Shown here in pieces: positions 23,990-34,780 of a DNA stretch of 64,000 bases. A program made the translations under genes and the position numbers. Every line of letters starts with the position of its first letter. The first letter of the stretch is position 1. Source of the stretch: Patellaria atrata CBS 101060 (Eukaryota); contig MU006102.1 of the NCBI GenBank assembly GCA_010093705.1, positions 190,123-254,122 of the forward strand. The letters are read 5' to 3'. Below the pieces are notes generated by a model. The model had not been told where the DNA came from. It searched no databases and saw only the letters and a list, made by a program, of their open reading frames with translations.

Positions 23990-25654
23990 ATGAGCCTCAC
24001 CAAAAGGGTCTTTATTCCTTCAAAGCTCAGTATTATCATACCACGTCCTACTCCGTCTAGGTCCCTGCCGAAGCCCCTCTCCACTCGTCATAAATCACAT
24101 CAGGCAGCTCGTAGAATACATCAAAATGCTCCTAAGAAAGCACAAGCTGCTCAAGCCGTAGCACCGGAACCACCTTCCTTTGACTCTTCCAATCCCGCTC
24201 TATCATTTCCCTGTCTAGATGCTATTGAATCGAGGTCCGCAAATCTCTTCAAACGAAGTCAGAACTCGGGCCCTGAGCCCTCGTACACAACCGGCGCGCA
24301 TATAAACTTCCATTCCAACGAACCCTTGCTATTGGATTGGGGAGGGATATTGCCCGAGTTTGATATTGCGTATGAGACGTGGGGTGAGTTGAATCAGGAC
24401 AAGAGTAACGCTATTCTACTGTATACTGGTCTTTCTGCGTCAAGCCATGCGCACAGCACGGCGGCCAACCCGAAGCCTGGATGGTGGGAGAAGTTCATTG
24501 GCCCTAGTAGACCATTGGATACGGATCGGTATTTCGTGATATGTACAAATGTCATTGGAGGTTGCTATGGCTCGACGGGACCTTCGTCTATAGACCCAGC
24601 GAATGGAGAGAGATACGCCACGAGGTTCCCGATATTGACGATGGATGATATGGTTCGTGCACAATTCAGGCTCCTGGATTCCCTAGGCATCAATAAGTTA
24701 TACGCCAGTGTCGGTTCTAGTATGGGAGGGATGCAAAGTCTAGCTTCTGGCATTCTCTTCCCAGAGCGTGTTGGCCGTATCGCCAGTATAAGTGGCTGTG
24801 CACGAAGTCACCCATATAGTATCGCAATGCGGCACACACAACGGCAAGGTAGGAAAGAGCACCACTCCTCTCAATACATCCTTCTAATAACTCACATAGT
24901 TCTCATGATGGACCCCGCCTGGTCTCGAGGTTTTTACTATGACTCCATACCCCCGCATATAGGCATGAAGCTCGCCCGCGAGATCGCAACCGTGACCTAC
25001 CGCAGCGGACCTGAGTGGGAGCAGCGTTTCGGACGCCGCCGCGCCGATCCCTCGCGCCCACCTGCACTATGTCCCGATTTCCTGATCGAGACGTACCTCG
25101 ATCACGCCGGCGAGAAGTGGTGTCTGGAATACGACGCCAACAGTCTCCTCTACGTCTCCAAAGCCATGGATCTCTTCGATCTCGGTGCGGAGAACCAAGC
25201 TCGGTTAAGAGAAAGTAGGAACAAGAATCAAGGCAGATTGGAGCGCTTCTTGGAGAAGGGCGATAGAGGGCAGGGATTCGGGGCTGATGCGTGCAATCTT
25301 ACGCTCCCGGAGACTCCGTACGAAGAACAGGATCAGGCACAGGCGCAATCTGCTGACCCGGTTAAGCCTACCGAGGCTTCGTCTACCTCTGCGCCACCTG
25401 GCTCAGATCCCCCGCAGGATCTCATCAAAGGGCTGAAACCCTTACAGAATACCCCGACGCTCGTGTTGGGTGTTGCGAGCGATATCCTCTTCCCAGCATG
25501 GCAGCAACGTGAGGTTGCGGAGACGCTAAGACGTGCAGGTAATAGGAATATCACGCATGTCGAGCTTGGCGAGGAGAAGAGCCTGTTTGGGCATGATACG
25601 TTTTTGTTGGATTTAGAGGGCGTGGGGGGTGCGGTGAAGGAGTTTTTGGGGTAG
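23990..25654 (+). CDS. cys2: serine O-succinyl/acetyltransferase of the homoserine acyltransferase fold (Cys2/CysA), mitochondrial-type leader
   Basis: [22 protein letters not shown] nucleophile elbow, [16 protein letters not shown]; intron 24849-24899. Confidence 0.88.
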   Translation: MSLTKRVFIPSKLSIIIPRPTPSRSLPKPLSTRHKSHQAARRIHQNAPKKAQAAQAVAPEPPSFDSSNPALSFPCLDAIESRSANLFKRSQNSGPEPSYTTGAHINFHSNEPLLLDWGGILPEFDIAYETWGELNQDKSNAILLYTGLSASSHAHSTAANPKPGWWEKFIGPSRPLDTDRYFVICTNVIGGCYGSTGPSSIDPANGERYATRFPILTMDDMVRAQFRLLDSLGINKLYASVGSSMGGMQSLASGILFPERVGRIASISGCARSHPYSIAMRHTQRQGRKEHHSSQYILLITHIVLMMDPAWSRGFYYDSIPPHIGMKLAREIATVTYRSGPEWEQRFGRRRADPSRPPALCPDFLIETYLDHAGEKWCLEYDANSLLYVSKAMDLFDLGAENQARLRESRNKNQGRLERFLEKGDRGQGFGADACNLTLPETPYEEQDQAQAQSADPVKPTEASSTSAPPGSDPPQDLIKGLKPLQNTPTLVLGVASDILFPAWQQREVAETLRRAGNRNITHVELGEEKSLFGHDTFLLDLEGVGGAVKEFLG

Positions 25655-26624
25655 AGAAACCATATCAGCTCCCACTACTGGAATAGGGGATGAGATATAA
25701 GCCCTGATTTTTTTTTTATCGAGGATGTTCCACCGCACCAACCTGGTTCGATAACCCGTCATTTTATATGTTGGCTGGCGATTTGAGAAATATTTTATCA
25801 CCTCTTGATCTTGTAAACGGTCTGCTTGGTATTATTACTACACCCTAGTCATCTCAAATTCTAGTCCCTCGCGTCGTGGGCTTTATACTCGGCTCGAGGT
25901 ATCATCACCACCTCAAGCATAGCATTTACAGAGTCTATCGTAACCCGTCTTCGCGAAGTGGACATATGCCCCCAAAGTGTCCACTTGAGAACCTGATATA
26001 TTAGACGCGTTCAGTACCGTACGGTACGTACCGCCCTCCCCCCAAAACCCGGTTATAGGAAAATGGGAACGTTTTCCTCTCACGAAATAAGCGGCTTAAG
26101 TTGGGGCTCAGACGTCTCTGAGGTGTGTACCATACACACACCTAGAACGAAATCGGAGACATTTAGATCTATACTGTAGTGATGTGGGGGTTCTGGTCCC
26201 TTCGTACTGTACTGTACCACTACTCACTTTCCTCACATACTCGCACGTCCGAATTAACTTGCAGATTGTAACGTTGGAGGAGTGATGGTTTGGATAGCTG
26301 CACTGTACAGTATAGTATAGTACAGGACGGGCGAGCCTTATAGCTGGACGAGAGCTCCGTGCGATTTAGGGGTTCAGTATGGTATTTTGGACCTGAGGTA
26401 CGGTTGGGGATTTTGCGTACGTTTCCAGCTTCTCGTACCGAAGTTGAGGGATAGGCGTACAGTAGACAAGGTATATCACGATGAAGCCGGGACGGCAGCA
26501 TTACCGATAGGTGTGTGTGTGTAAATCGTACAATGAAATCCTCTTTAGCAGTACACCCTATTCGCACCCAAACCATGCATATATTGGAGTGAAGTAAAGC
26601 GCACCCATAAAGCCCGCCTTCCAT

Positions 26625-28704
26625 CTACCTCTGCAACCTCTTTAACCGTTCCTCCGCCGCCCTCGCCCTCCTCTCCCTCTCAAGCCTCATCCTCATCTCC
26701 GGCGTCATGCCCCTCGCCTCCTCCTCCCTCTTCTCCGCGCCCGTCTTCTCCACCACCGGCGCGCCTAGCTTCCTCCCCTTCCCGACTTTCCTCTCTCGTC
26801 TCTCTTGCTCTTCCCTCTCCGTCTCGACGCGCAAGCGCTCCATCTCCGTTGTCCGCCTTTGAGTTTCCTCTCGTTCTTCCTCCTCGCGCTCTCGTGCATC
26901 CCGGGCGTCTGCTTCCGCTTTCGTGATTGGCGACGGAACGGCAGCGGCGACCCAGTCCCATGTCTCTTCGCCGAGGACGCTGCGCGCGACTCTGAATGCG
27001 TCTCTTGTCGGCCTGTCGCCGGCAATTTCGAACGCGGTTCTGTCCTCCAAGTTTCTAAGTGTTGGATCGGCGGCTGCTTTTAGGAGTAGGGCTGAGACGA
27101 TAACGGTAGAGTTGAGGGAAGCGGCGAGATGGAGGGGAGCCGGCGCGTGGTAGTGTTCTTTTGTGTCTCTGGGATGGAAGAGGAAGTTAGGGGAAAGGGA
27201 GTTGGTGGTGAGATAAGTGAGGAGGGCAGGGGCTTTGGAGCGGCGGATCAGGGCCTGGATTTGGGACGTATGGAGGGCGGCTGCTTGTTCTTCGGCGGAA
27301 AGGGTGGGTTTGGAGGGTTTAGATGATGAAGCGGAAGGCGTTGGTGTGCTAGAGTTTTCAGAGGTTTGCTGCTGTTGTTGAAGTGCGGCTTGGTCGACGT
27401 TGCTCACTTTAATACGAGTGAGTTCGACAAAGGAGCGCATGAGCTCCGCTTGCGTCGCACGGCGGGTAGAGAAAGGAAACCCGCGATTTCGAGGGTCATT
27501 GTTGCGGAGGACCTGACCTTCGTATGGTCCGAAGAGAGTGCGGCGGTTTGTGCTCCCTGTTGCGCGGATGAAGCAGAATTCGGCGGCATCGATGAGTGAT
27601 TTCCATTCACTAAGCAGCTCACGTACCTCATTTGTGAGGGCCGCTTCATTGTATCGGCGGAGTGAAGAACCGGCAGAATGAGCGTTTCCTTTTGAATTGT
27701 CGTTTGCGGACTGTGAGCCTCCTTGCTTTCGCCGTGTTGTGTAGCGGTGGAAAGTCTTGTGGGCCAAAACTGTAGCGGCACGCTCTCCCGTGTGAGACTT
27801 GCTAGATTTGGGCGCTAATGCTACGACCATAGCAGCAAAGTGTCCACCTCCTATCATACAAAGAAAGTAATGTGGACCAATATTGGAAGTAGGGAGAGAT
27901 ACGCCGCCTCCAATTACAGCAATTGGTTTCTTTGGGTGTGCAGTTGGAGCTAGCTGCTTTTTGCGGATCGTTTCGACCAGAGTAGAAGCATCCTCTTGCT
28001 CAGCATCACTAAATATCGCACGGTATATACCCAGGGATGTGTCTTCTGGTAGTCCCGGGGATGTGAACCATAGCAGCGGGGGTTTCCCCGAACCCCGCTT
28101 GCGTTTTTTTGAGGCGAACTCGTCGAAGTCTGGTGCTGATATTTTGGCTTGCTTTTTCAAAAGTGCACTGAGTGTAGTCTCTTTGCTTCGTTGTCCAATG
28201 CCGTCATCTTCGTCACTCTTGGAATCAGAGGAATCGGAGCCTGATATACTTTCATCCAAGTCTAAAGACCCCTTAGCTATGTGGTCGAAGCTGCCTTGGA
28301 CTATTACATACCTTCAACCAACTTCTCAAACTCGTACTCACTCACAGGTTGTAATCTTTTCATCTTTTGTTTAAGATTATAACCGTGTAAGTCTGACCGG
28401 ACATGACTTCGTTGCTCCTGTAGATTCGGGAATGCGAGGTTGCAGAGATTACAGGACGTAGCGGTTGTAGCCACGGCATCTTGTGCTTCTACCGTTTCTG
28501 ATATTCTTGAAGATCTATGCAGAGGTTCTGAAGGTATTAGATTAACTGGCAGTTCCGTCTGTTCTTTGAGAGTTAAGGTGACTAGAAGTTCTTCGGGAAG
28601 GTCAAACACTGCGGATTCAATTAGCTATTGTGACTAGTAGTAAGTATCGAAAGACTTGTACCGTAAAGAGGACGTCGAAGTAGATCGTCAACTTCTGAAG
28701 CCAT
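26625..28704 (-). CDS. vms1: Vms1/ANKZF1 ribosome-quality-control factor (C2H2 ZnF, VLRF1, ankyrin, VIM)
   Basis: Exon 1 MASEVDDLLRRPLY; CNLC..HVRSDLHGYNLK; HKTFHRYTTRRKQGGSQ; AGSSLRRYNE; C-terminal RERRARAAEERL. Confidence 0.93.
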
Positions 28705-29238
28705 GATAGATCACTAGTCAATTAGTGATGGGATATTATTACGGTTCAAATAATTTCAAGGAGGATTAAGTTAGAACTTCGTTTGGCGGGGAGATGCCCA
28801 ACGACGTCAGCAGCCCCTGGCAGCAAAGGTGAATCTGAGTCATGAATAAGAATTAGTCTAACGTGATTTGGAACTCACGCGTCTTGCTATTTCAGGCACT
28901 TCACTTCCATCATCGTCTCCAAAATTTCATATCGCACATGAATTTTCGAGATTTTTCGTCGAGATCTTAGATATTCGTATCAATTCTTTCCCTGCCAACT
29001 TCCAAGCAGTGACCAAAGGATTTCATGCCGTTTAAAGAACAAAATTACAGATGCGTCAACGTATAAACTGAGCCTATGACATTCACTCAGGGATGAGATC
29101 AATGGATTCATGTCTTTCAAGTATATAGTTCTTACGGCATGCTTTATTCCGAATACAGTTTCTGATCATCTAATATTACCCACTAGATCTACCTGACAGA
29201 AACTGCATCCCCTTTGTTCCCAATATACACCATGCTTC

Positions 29239-30405
29239 TTATGGAGGAGTGTCTTTGCGATGAGCATGGACACGACGAGAGAGTTCTAAAATTCTTCTAG
29301 CTTCACGTAACTCTTGCTGGAACCGCTCTCCGTCATGATTTTCCGACAGATGCTTGAGGTAGTCATGGATGTGCTCTGCTCCTCTAAGGGGTCGCTGTAT
29401 CTGCCTTCGCATATCTTGGATGTCGGCAACTTCAAAACCCACCACCGGAGTAATACAATGTTTGAACTTTTGAAATATTATGTACGCGACATCTTCATCA
29501 TCGAATGTCTGTGGAAGATTTACATAATAGAAGACGTCGAGAATCGCATTCCAACGATCACGCTGCAAGGCTAGAAAGGGAAGTAAACTTCTGGGACTAG
29601 TTCTCCGCGATTCATCACCCGTATTCCGGTCGAACTGGTACTTCGAGAGCGCTACGAACTTTCTCAGAGCACTTATTGCATCCGCGGGATACTCTGAGAA
29701 GAGGACCCACCGGAGTGTTGCTTCCGCTTCTCTCATGATAGCGAAACGATCTGTGAGAGGGATTGGATTTTCTATCATCTCTTCATAATCCTTCATCAGT
29801 GCATACACGTTACCAATCACAGATATTGCATCCTCAATACACTTCTGCGCCTCCGATATCATGTCATTAATGCATGACGACCCCCCATCGCTAAGTTTGC
29901 GGGCCTCTTCTAGCATAGAGTTCTTTGTATTGTGCATGTCCATCAGTTTCCTGGTCACCATTTTGGTAGTGAACCTTTCGTGGAACCAAGTAATTAGGAC
30001 CGCGGTCTTGATTGTATCGTTATTAATACTTTCTAAATCGAGCACTGAGAGGACCCTTAACTGATCATCGGTCCACCAGTCGTCTTCAGCTTCCCTTCTT
30101 GGTCTAATATACATCCATTCCTCATAGCTGTCGTGTTTCCATTTTACTCTATCTGGCTTATTCCAGTCATTCTTTGGATTCATAAATGGTCCAATGGGTC
30201 CGGGACTGCCGATTGAGTTCCCAGACGGTGATGACTGCTGATACTTCGGTCTTATGGGAAGTACTCGTTGATATGCTGGATTGGGAGCGAAGATTGTGGA
30301 CCCCGGAGGAAAGACTGGAGCGGAATCTCGCCGATTCTCGGGTCCAGTGCTACTACGCCTTCTGTTAGATTTCTCTTCTCGTTGATTTGAATTTCTATCA
30401 CACAT
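29239..30405 (-). CDS. hypothetical (orphan-like) protein, about 388 aa
   Basis: Uninterrupted long ORF, first ATG at 30405; TATATAA-like element upstream near 30498-30504; no family recognised. Confidence 0.6.
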   Translation of the reverse strand: MCDRNSNQREEKSNRRRSSTGPENRRDSAPVFPPGSTIFAPNPAYQRVLPIRPKYQQSSPSGNSIGSPGPIGPFMNPKNDWNKPDRVKWKHDSYEEWMYIRPRREAEDDWWTDDQLRVLSVLDLESINNDTIKTAVLITWFHERFTTKMVTRKLMDMHNTKNSMLEEARKLSDGGSSCINDMISEAQKCIEDAISVIGNVYALMKDYEEMIENPIPLTDRFAIMREAEATLRWVLFSEYPADAISALRKFVALSKYQFDRNTGDESRRTSPRSLLPFLALQRDRWNAILDVFYYVNLPQTFDDEDVAYIIFQKFKHCITPVVGFEVADIQDMRRQIQRPLRGAEHIHDYLKHLSENHDGERFQQELREARRILELSRRVHAHRKDTPP

Positions 30406-31004
30406 TTTCAGGTTGTTCTTTCGACGGTAGATTTGGTTTGTCAAGGCTATGCAGATTGCATTGAAAATAAGGGAAATTCTCGGTAGGGGTTAAGTGGTTT
30501 ATATAGTACTCAGCTGGAACATCCACAGAGGATCTCAATTGTATTCAAGGCTTGCTTCCCTGGGTAGCAATCGACTCGCGTTGATTGCAACTTCATTTGC
30601 TTCATATCTTGCAGGCCCCAAATAATCATAATCTAACTCTACAACAAACTTTCCAGCATCAAATTCAATGCGAGCAATTATCTCTTAGACGACGGACTAT
30701 TCTCTGAAGGTAAAGCTCACATTCAGGCGAAATCCAGCGTTTCAAAAGACATTATCCCCGATGGACTCCTCATATGTAAACATTAAGGGAGCTGTTATTT
30801 TAATATCCCCTTCTAAAAAGACCCTAAAAAGATTAAATTTTAAAAAAGAAATAAAAAGCAAAACAGTTTCCTACCCGCTCCCTATGGGGAAATCGATGGA
30901 GCGGCGTGGTGCTTCTGCTTGAGGGCATTATCCTCCCTCTTAAGGTTCCACTACTCGACCGGTCCGCGGGTCTCTGGAATATAGAAAGAGGTTACGATTT
31001 ATTT

Positions 31005-31345
31005 ATTCAGCTCTCAATATCAACACCACTCCGAACTCGACTTTTACTTCCCGCCCCCATTCCTTGGCGGTAGCCCACCAGACTCGCTGGCGGGTAAGAG
31101 ACGTTCTACCTCATGCAGTTATACGAAACCAGTTTAGCATCCCCTTGATCCCACCAGCCTACCTAAACCCTATCCACACACGTACATTCTTCGTAGAACG
31201 TCTGCATCGACGCATGCTTGCGCCATAACCAGCAATACATTGGACGCGAGGTTATGGAACAAGTTAGCGCTGGTATTTATCGTCGAACGTCTGACACGCA
31301 AAATCTGGCGCCTTAACCACTCGGCCATCTTGGGGGTGATTGGTT
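31005..31345 (-). mobile_element. tRNA-Leu-headed element: candidate SINE or Pol III ncRNA
   Basis: Minus strand CCCAAGATGGCCGAGTGGTTAAGGCGCCAGATT (31334-31302) matches a tRNA-Leu 5' half with a perfect A box; imperfect B box GTTCGAC at 31288-31282; no tRNA 3' half; flanked by GATTTATTT direct repeats (30996-31004, 31346-31354). Confidence 0.5.
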
Positions 31346-31591
31346 GATTTATTTGTTTTTGTGTTAGGGGTGATGGTATGGCGATTGGGGATAGGTATGG
31401 CTTTGACTTTGTGTATTATATATTATTTATTCTGTACAAAGACATTTTATCTCAATCATCTCTTCAATCCTTGATATTTCACCGATATCGAGGTTCAATC
31501 CAAACGCCATACGCTATGCACCGTATATGCTCATCCCAAAGTTCCGAACCCCCAAAGCCCCACATCGCCCCCTCTTACCCCTCTCCTACCT

Positions 31592-33498
31592 CTACGCCGT
31601 AGGACTATACTTACTAAGCTTCCTAATTCTCTCCCCAAAAATATAAAAAAGAATCGGCACCGGAAACAGCGCGGCAGTCAAAAACCCCAACAAGCTCGTT
31701 GCCCAATCAACGCCGAGGGTATGATACATAGCCGTCGCAAAGAGGGGGAATCCCGCCGCGACAAAACTCCTCACGAACGTATTACCCGCGATTGCCGAAT
31801 TGGCATGCATGAGATAAACATCGATGATGTAATTCAAACCCTGAAGGAAGATCATCAGAATACCCGCGCCGATGGGGATGCCAGCTAGCACCTGCGGAAC
31901 CCAAGAAATATGCGGCGACGAGGTCCACGCGAACCAGAACATGCCGGCGGGCATGAGGAAGCCGCCTATGATCATCGGGATGAGGCGTTCCTCGGGCACC
32001 ACCCTGCCCGTCTCCTGCAGCTTGCGCGCGAAGCGGGTTTTGGTGGTGTGGGCGATGATGAGACAGCCTGCTATGACGCCGACGGTGATTCCGAGGAAGG
32101 GGAGGGCACCGACGCCGCCGTTCCAGCCGCGGGATTCTTGGAAGGCGATGGGGTAGGCGAGGAAGAAGAGGTAGAGGATCCCGTAGATGAGCGCCATGTA
32201 GAGGGTGATGAGTAGGAGGATTGGTTCGAAGACGAGCATTGCGAAGGGCCGGAGGAGGTATTTGTGCATGAGGCTGCTGATATCGAGTTCGGCTTCGTCG
32301 GCTTTGGCGTGGACGGCCCAGTTTTTGGTTGCGAAGCGGATGCGGCGGGCGCGCTGTTGGAGTAACACCGGGGCGTAACTTTCAGGCACTAGGGCGAAGC
32401 CGAAGACCCAAAAGCTGAACCCTAGGATTGCGGTTAAGTACTCTGTCCAGCGCCACCCGAGGTGAGACATGGTGATGAATCCACCAGCGATGGGTCCCGC
32501 GACGGGACCGATGAAGACGGACCCAGCGAAGATGCTGGCGGCGATACCACGGTCAACGGGGCCCCAGAAGTCGGCAAGCGTACCACCGACGATTCCAAGG
32601 GGTGCTGAGCCGAAGAAGCCACCGAAGAAGCGGCAGACCATGATTGTCTGGACATTTGTGGCAACTGCGACGGGAATCTGGAAGATGACGAAGATGAAGA
32701 AGCCGACGAAGAGGGGGATCTTGCGGCCATAGAGCTCGGAGAGAGGTCCCCAAATTACCGGTCCGAAGGCGAAGCCCAGTACGAAGAGACTTGTACCCAG
32801 GACCATGACCTCGGTGGATACTCCGAATTTCTTCGCGGTGACCATGGTTGCTGTACTGAAAACACTACTGGCGAATGTGATGACAAAGGTCATCAAGGCA
32901 AGTACAATGGTGATCATCCACTTTTTCCATGTTGGCCAATTCATCGGGTTACCCTATGGTCGTTAGTATGATATGCTGAATGATAGTAAGCCGCGCCACT
33001 TACCGGATCATCGGAACCATTCCATTCAACCAGGTTCTCATCGATCTTCTCGCCTCTTTCGGCACTCCTAATCGTCCTAATCCTCTGGAACTCAACCGCT
33101 TCTTCATGCGAAAATGCTTCCTCGCCTAAACCTGCAACGAAACCGAATGGGAACGAGCTTCTTCTGCTTCTGGTAGACTTGTTGGACTGTTGAGTTCGAG
33201 CAGGTGTCAACGGCTCGCGGCGTTTTTCTGAGTCTAGAGCTAGTCTGTCATCATCATGGGAGGACCGAGACGAACTTGAGTTCGAAGTATTGCTCCTGCT
33301 TAGTTTGTCTAATGATGCTCGGGGAACAATAGGTGATTCGCGACGACCAGACGTTTCTTTTTTCGGCGGAAGGGAGCTATGGGATGCTTCGGGCCGTGCG
33401 GGTTCTCTCGGTATATATGAATCGGTTAATCCATCTGAATTGTAGGTTGTTCGAGCACTTTCGGTCCCAATGACTCGGGCTTCTTGGGAGCTGGCCAT
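31592..33498 (-). CDS. MFS drug:H+ antiporter (DHA1 family)
   Basis: VEWNGSDDP/GNPMNWPTWKKW across an intron at about 32954-33003; GPLSELYGRK, GWRWT, PESYAP, PEERL motifs; about 12 TM segments. Confidence 0.93.
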
Positions 33499-34780
33499 TG
33501 TAAAAGGGTATAATTTTAATGTGAAGAGGATATATGATGGAATGAAGAAATGGATTGGGATGTGGGTAGAGATATTTATTATAGACTATGTAATGATGAC
33601 GACAAGGGAAAGGATGATACCGATATATATCTACTTCTCTAACGTCCGTAAAACCAGCCACTTCCATTTAGAGAGAACATAGCTTTGAAATTGAGTCATC
33701 GGCCCTGATCGTCAAGCCGAAGTACCGACAGACCATCTGACGGGGATATATTATTACCATCAGTCCTTTTGGTGTACATGTGCTAACGTCGGATGGCATG
33801 GAAACCGGCAACCTGCATAGAGCCACTCAAACGCCATAGTAAGGCGCTGAAGCTTGTGTAGCCATAAGCTTCTCAAACCGGCGACCGCAGTAAGATCTTT
33901 GTTTTACACACAAACCGGTACCTTGGGTTAGACCGAAAGACCTCAGTATCGGGTCAGGTAGTTCCAGGTCAGCTATGCTCTACAGCTTTGTAAGCTTGAC
34001 ATCGCTAAGGTAAGGCAATGCACAATTTTCCCACCACAAAATGTCGCCTCAAGAGAGGACCGAGGTAAGAATCAATCGTCCAATTAAGAATGAGAAGTAT
34101 TTCGTGATCTAAGGATCAGATCAGTAATCCGACAAAATTTCGGCTTTGATGGCAAACTTGAAGTCGACACCATCGGTGGTTGTAAAGCCGAAATGCCGCC
34201 TTCCGACCCAGTCCTATCTTTCAACATCCTATGGACCCTAATTTCTAAATAATAAGTAAATTCGCTCCATCTGAGAGGGTTTCGGATATAAAGAATTAAG
34301 GTATTTCGCCCTAGTTTTGATTCTTCTTCTATTCCCGCAAGTGTAAACGATAGCAATTTTGATAGCAACAATAGCTGGCCCAGGTACTGATAGACTGCCT
34401 TTTGATGAGTTAACCTGTAGGAGTCGGAGAAAGAGAATCATCATAAACTGAAACTTTTAGGAGATCTGCATCGCGTGTAGGTGACCGTTTACTGATCTGA
34501 ATATGCCGCATTGCTTCTCCACATGGCTCTAGAACTATTTCAGGGGTGTCCATAAGGCATCAAATCTCCCTGACGTCCACACCGTTGTCCTGCTGACTTG
34601 TAAGAACTATGTGGAATTGATGATGATACGCCGAAACGACGTCCTGTCCGGAGAGACATCTGTTCAGTCCAACCGCACTTGGAAGACGTCGGAATGGTTA
34701 AGTTTTCGATTTGAGAGCAGCACAGTATCTCGATCTATCGCCCCGAGGAAAGAAAACCCTTCACCCGATTGACGGTTATT

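Noticed and set aside
24849..24899. In-frame stop-free intron in cys2 as regulated retention
   Set aside because: Short 3n introns without stops are common; no other support
31302..31334. Functional tRNA gene (possibly with a long intron)
   Set aside because: No T arm or TCTTGGG acceptor 3' strand is found downstream; only the 5' half is present
30840..31345. RNase P/MRP, SRP, U6 or telomerase RNA
   Set aside because: I could not find their conserved motifs (e.g. GGAAATTCGGTG, GGAAAGTCCCC, TGTAATGG, TAACCCTAA template) by eye; a covariance search is still needed
34174..34190. CGG-N11-CCG Zn2Cys6 site upstream of the MFS gene
   Set aside because: A single 6-bp-information match is expected by chance in 1 kb
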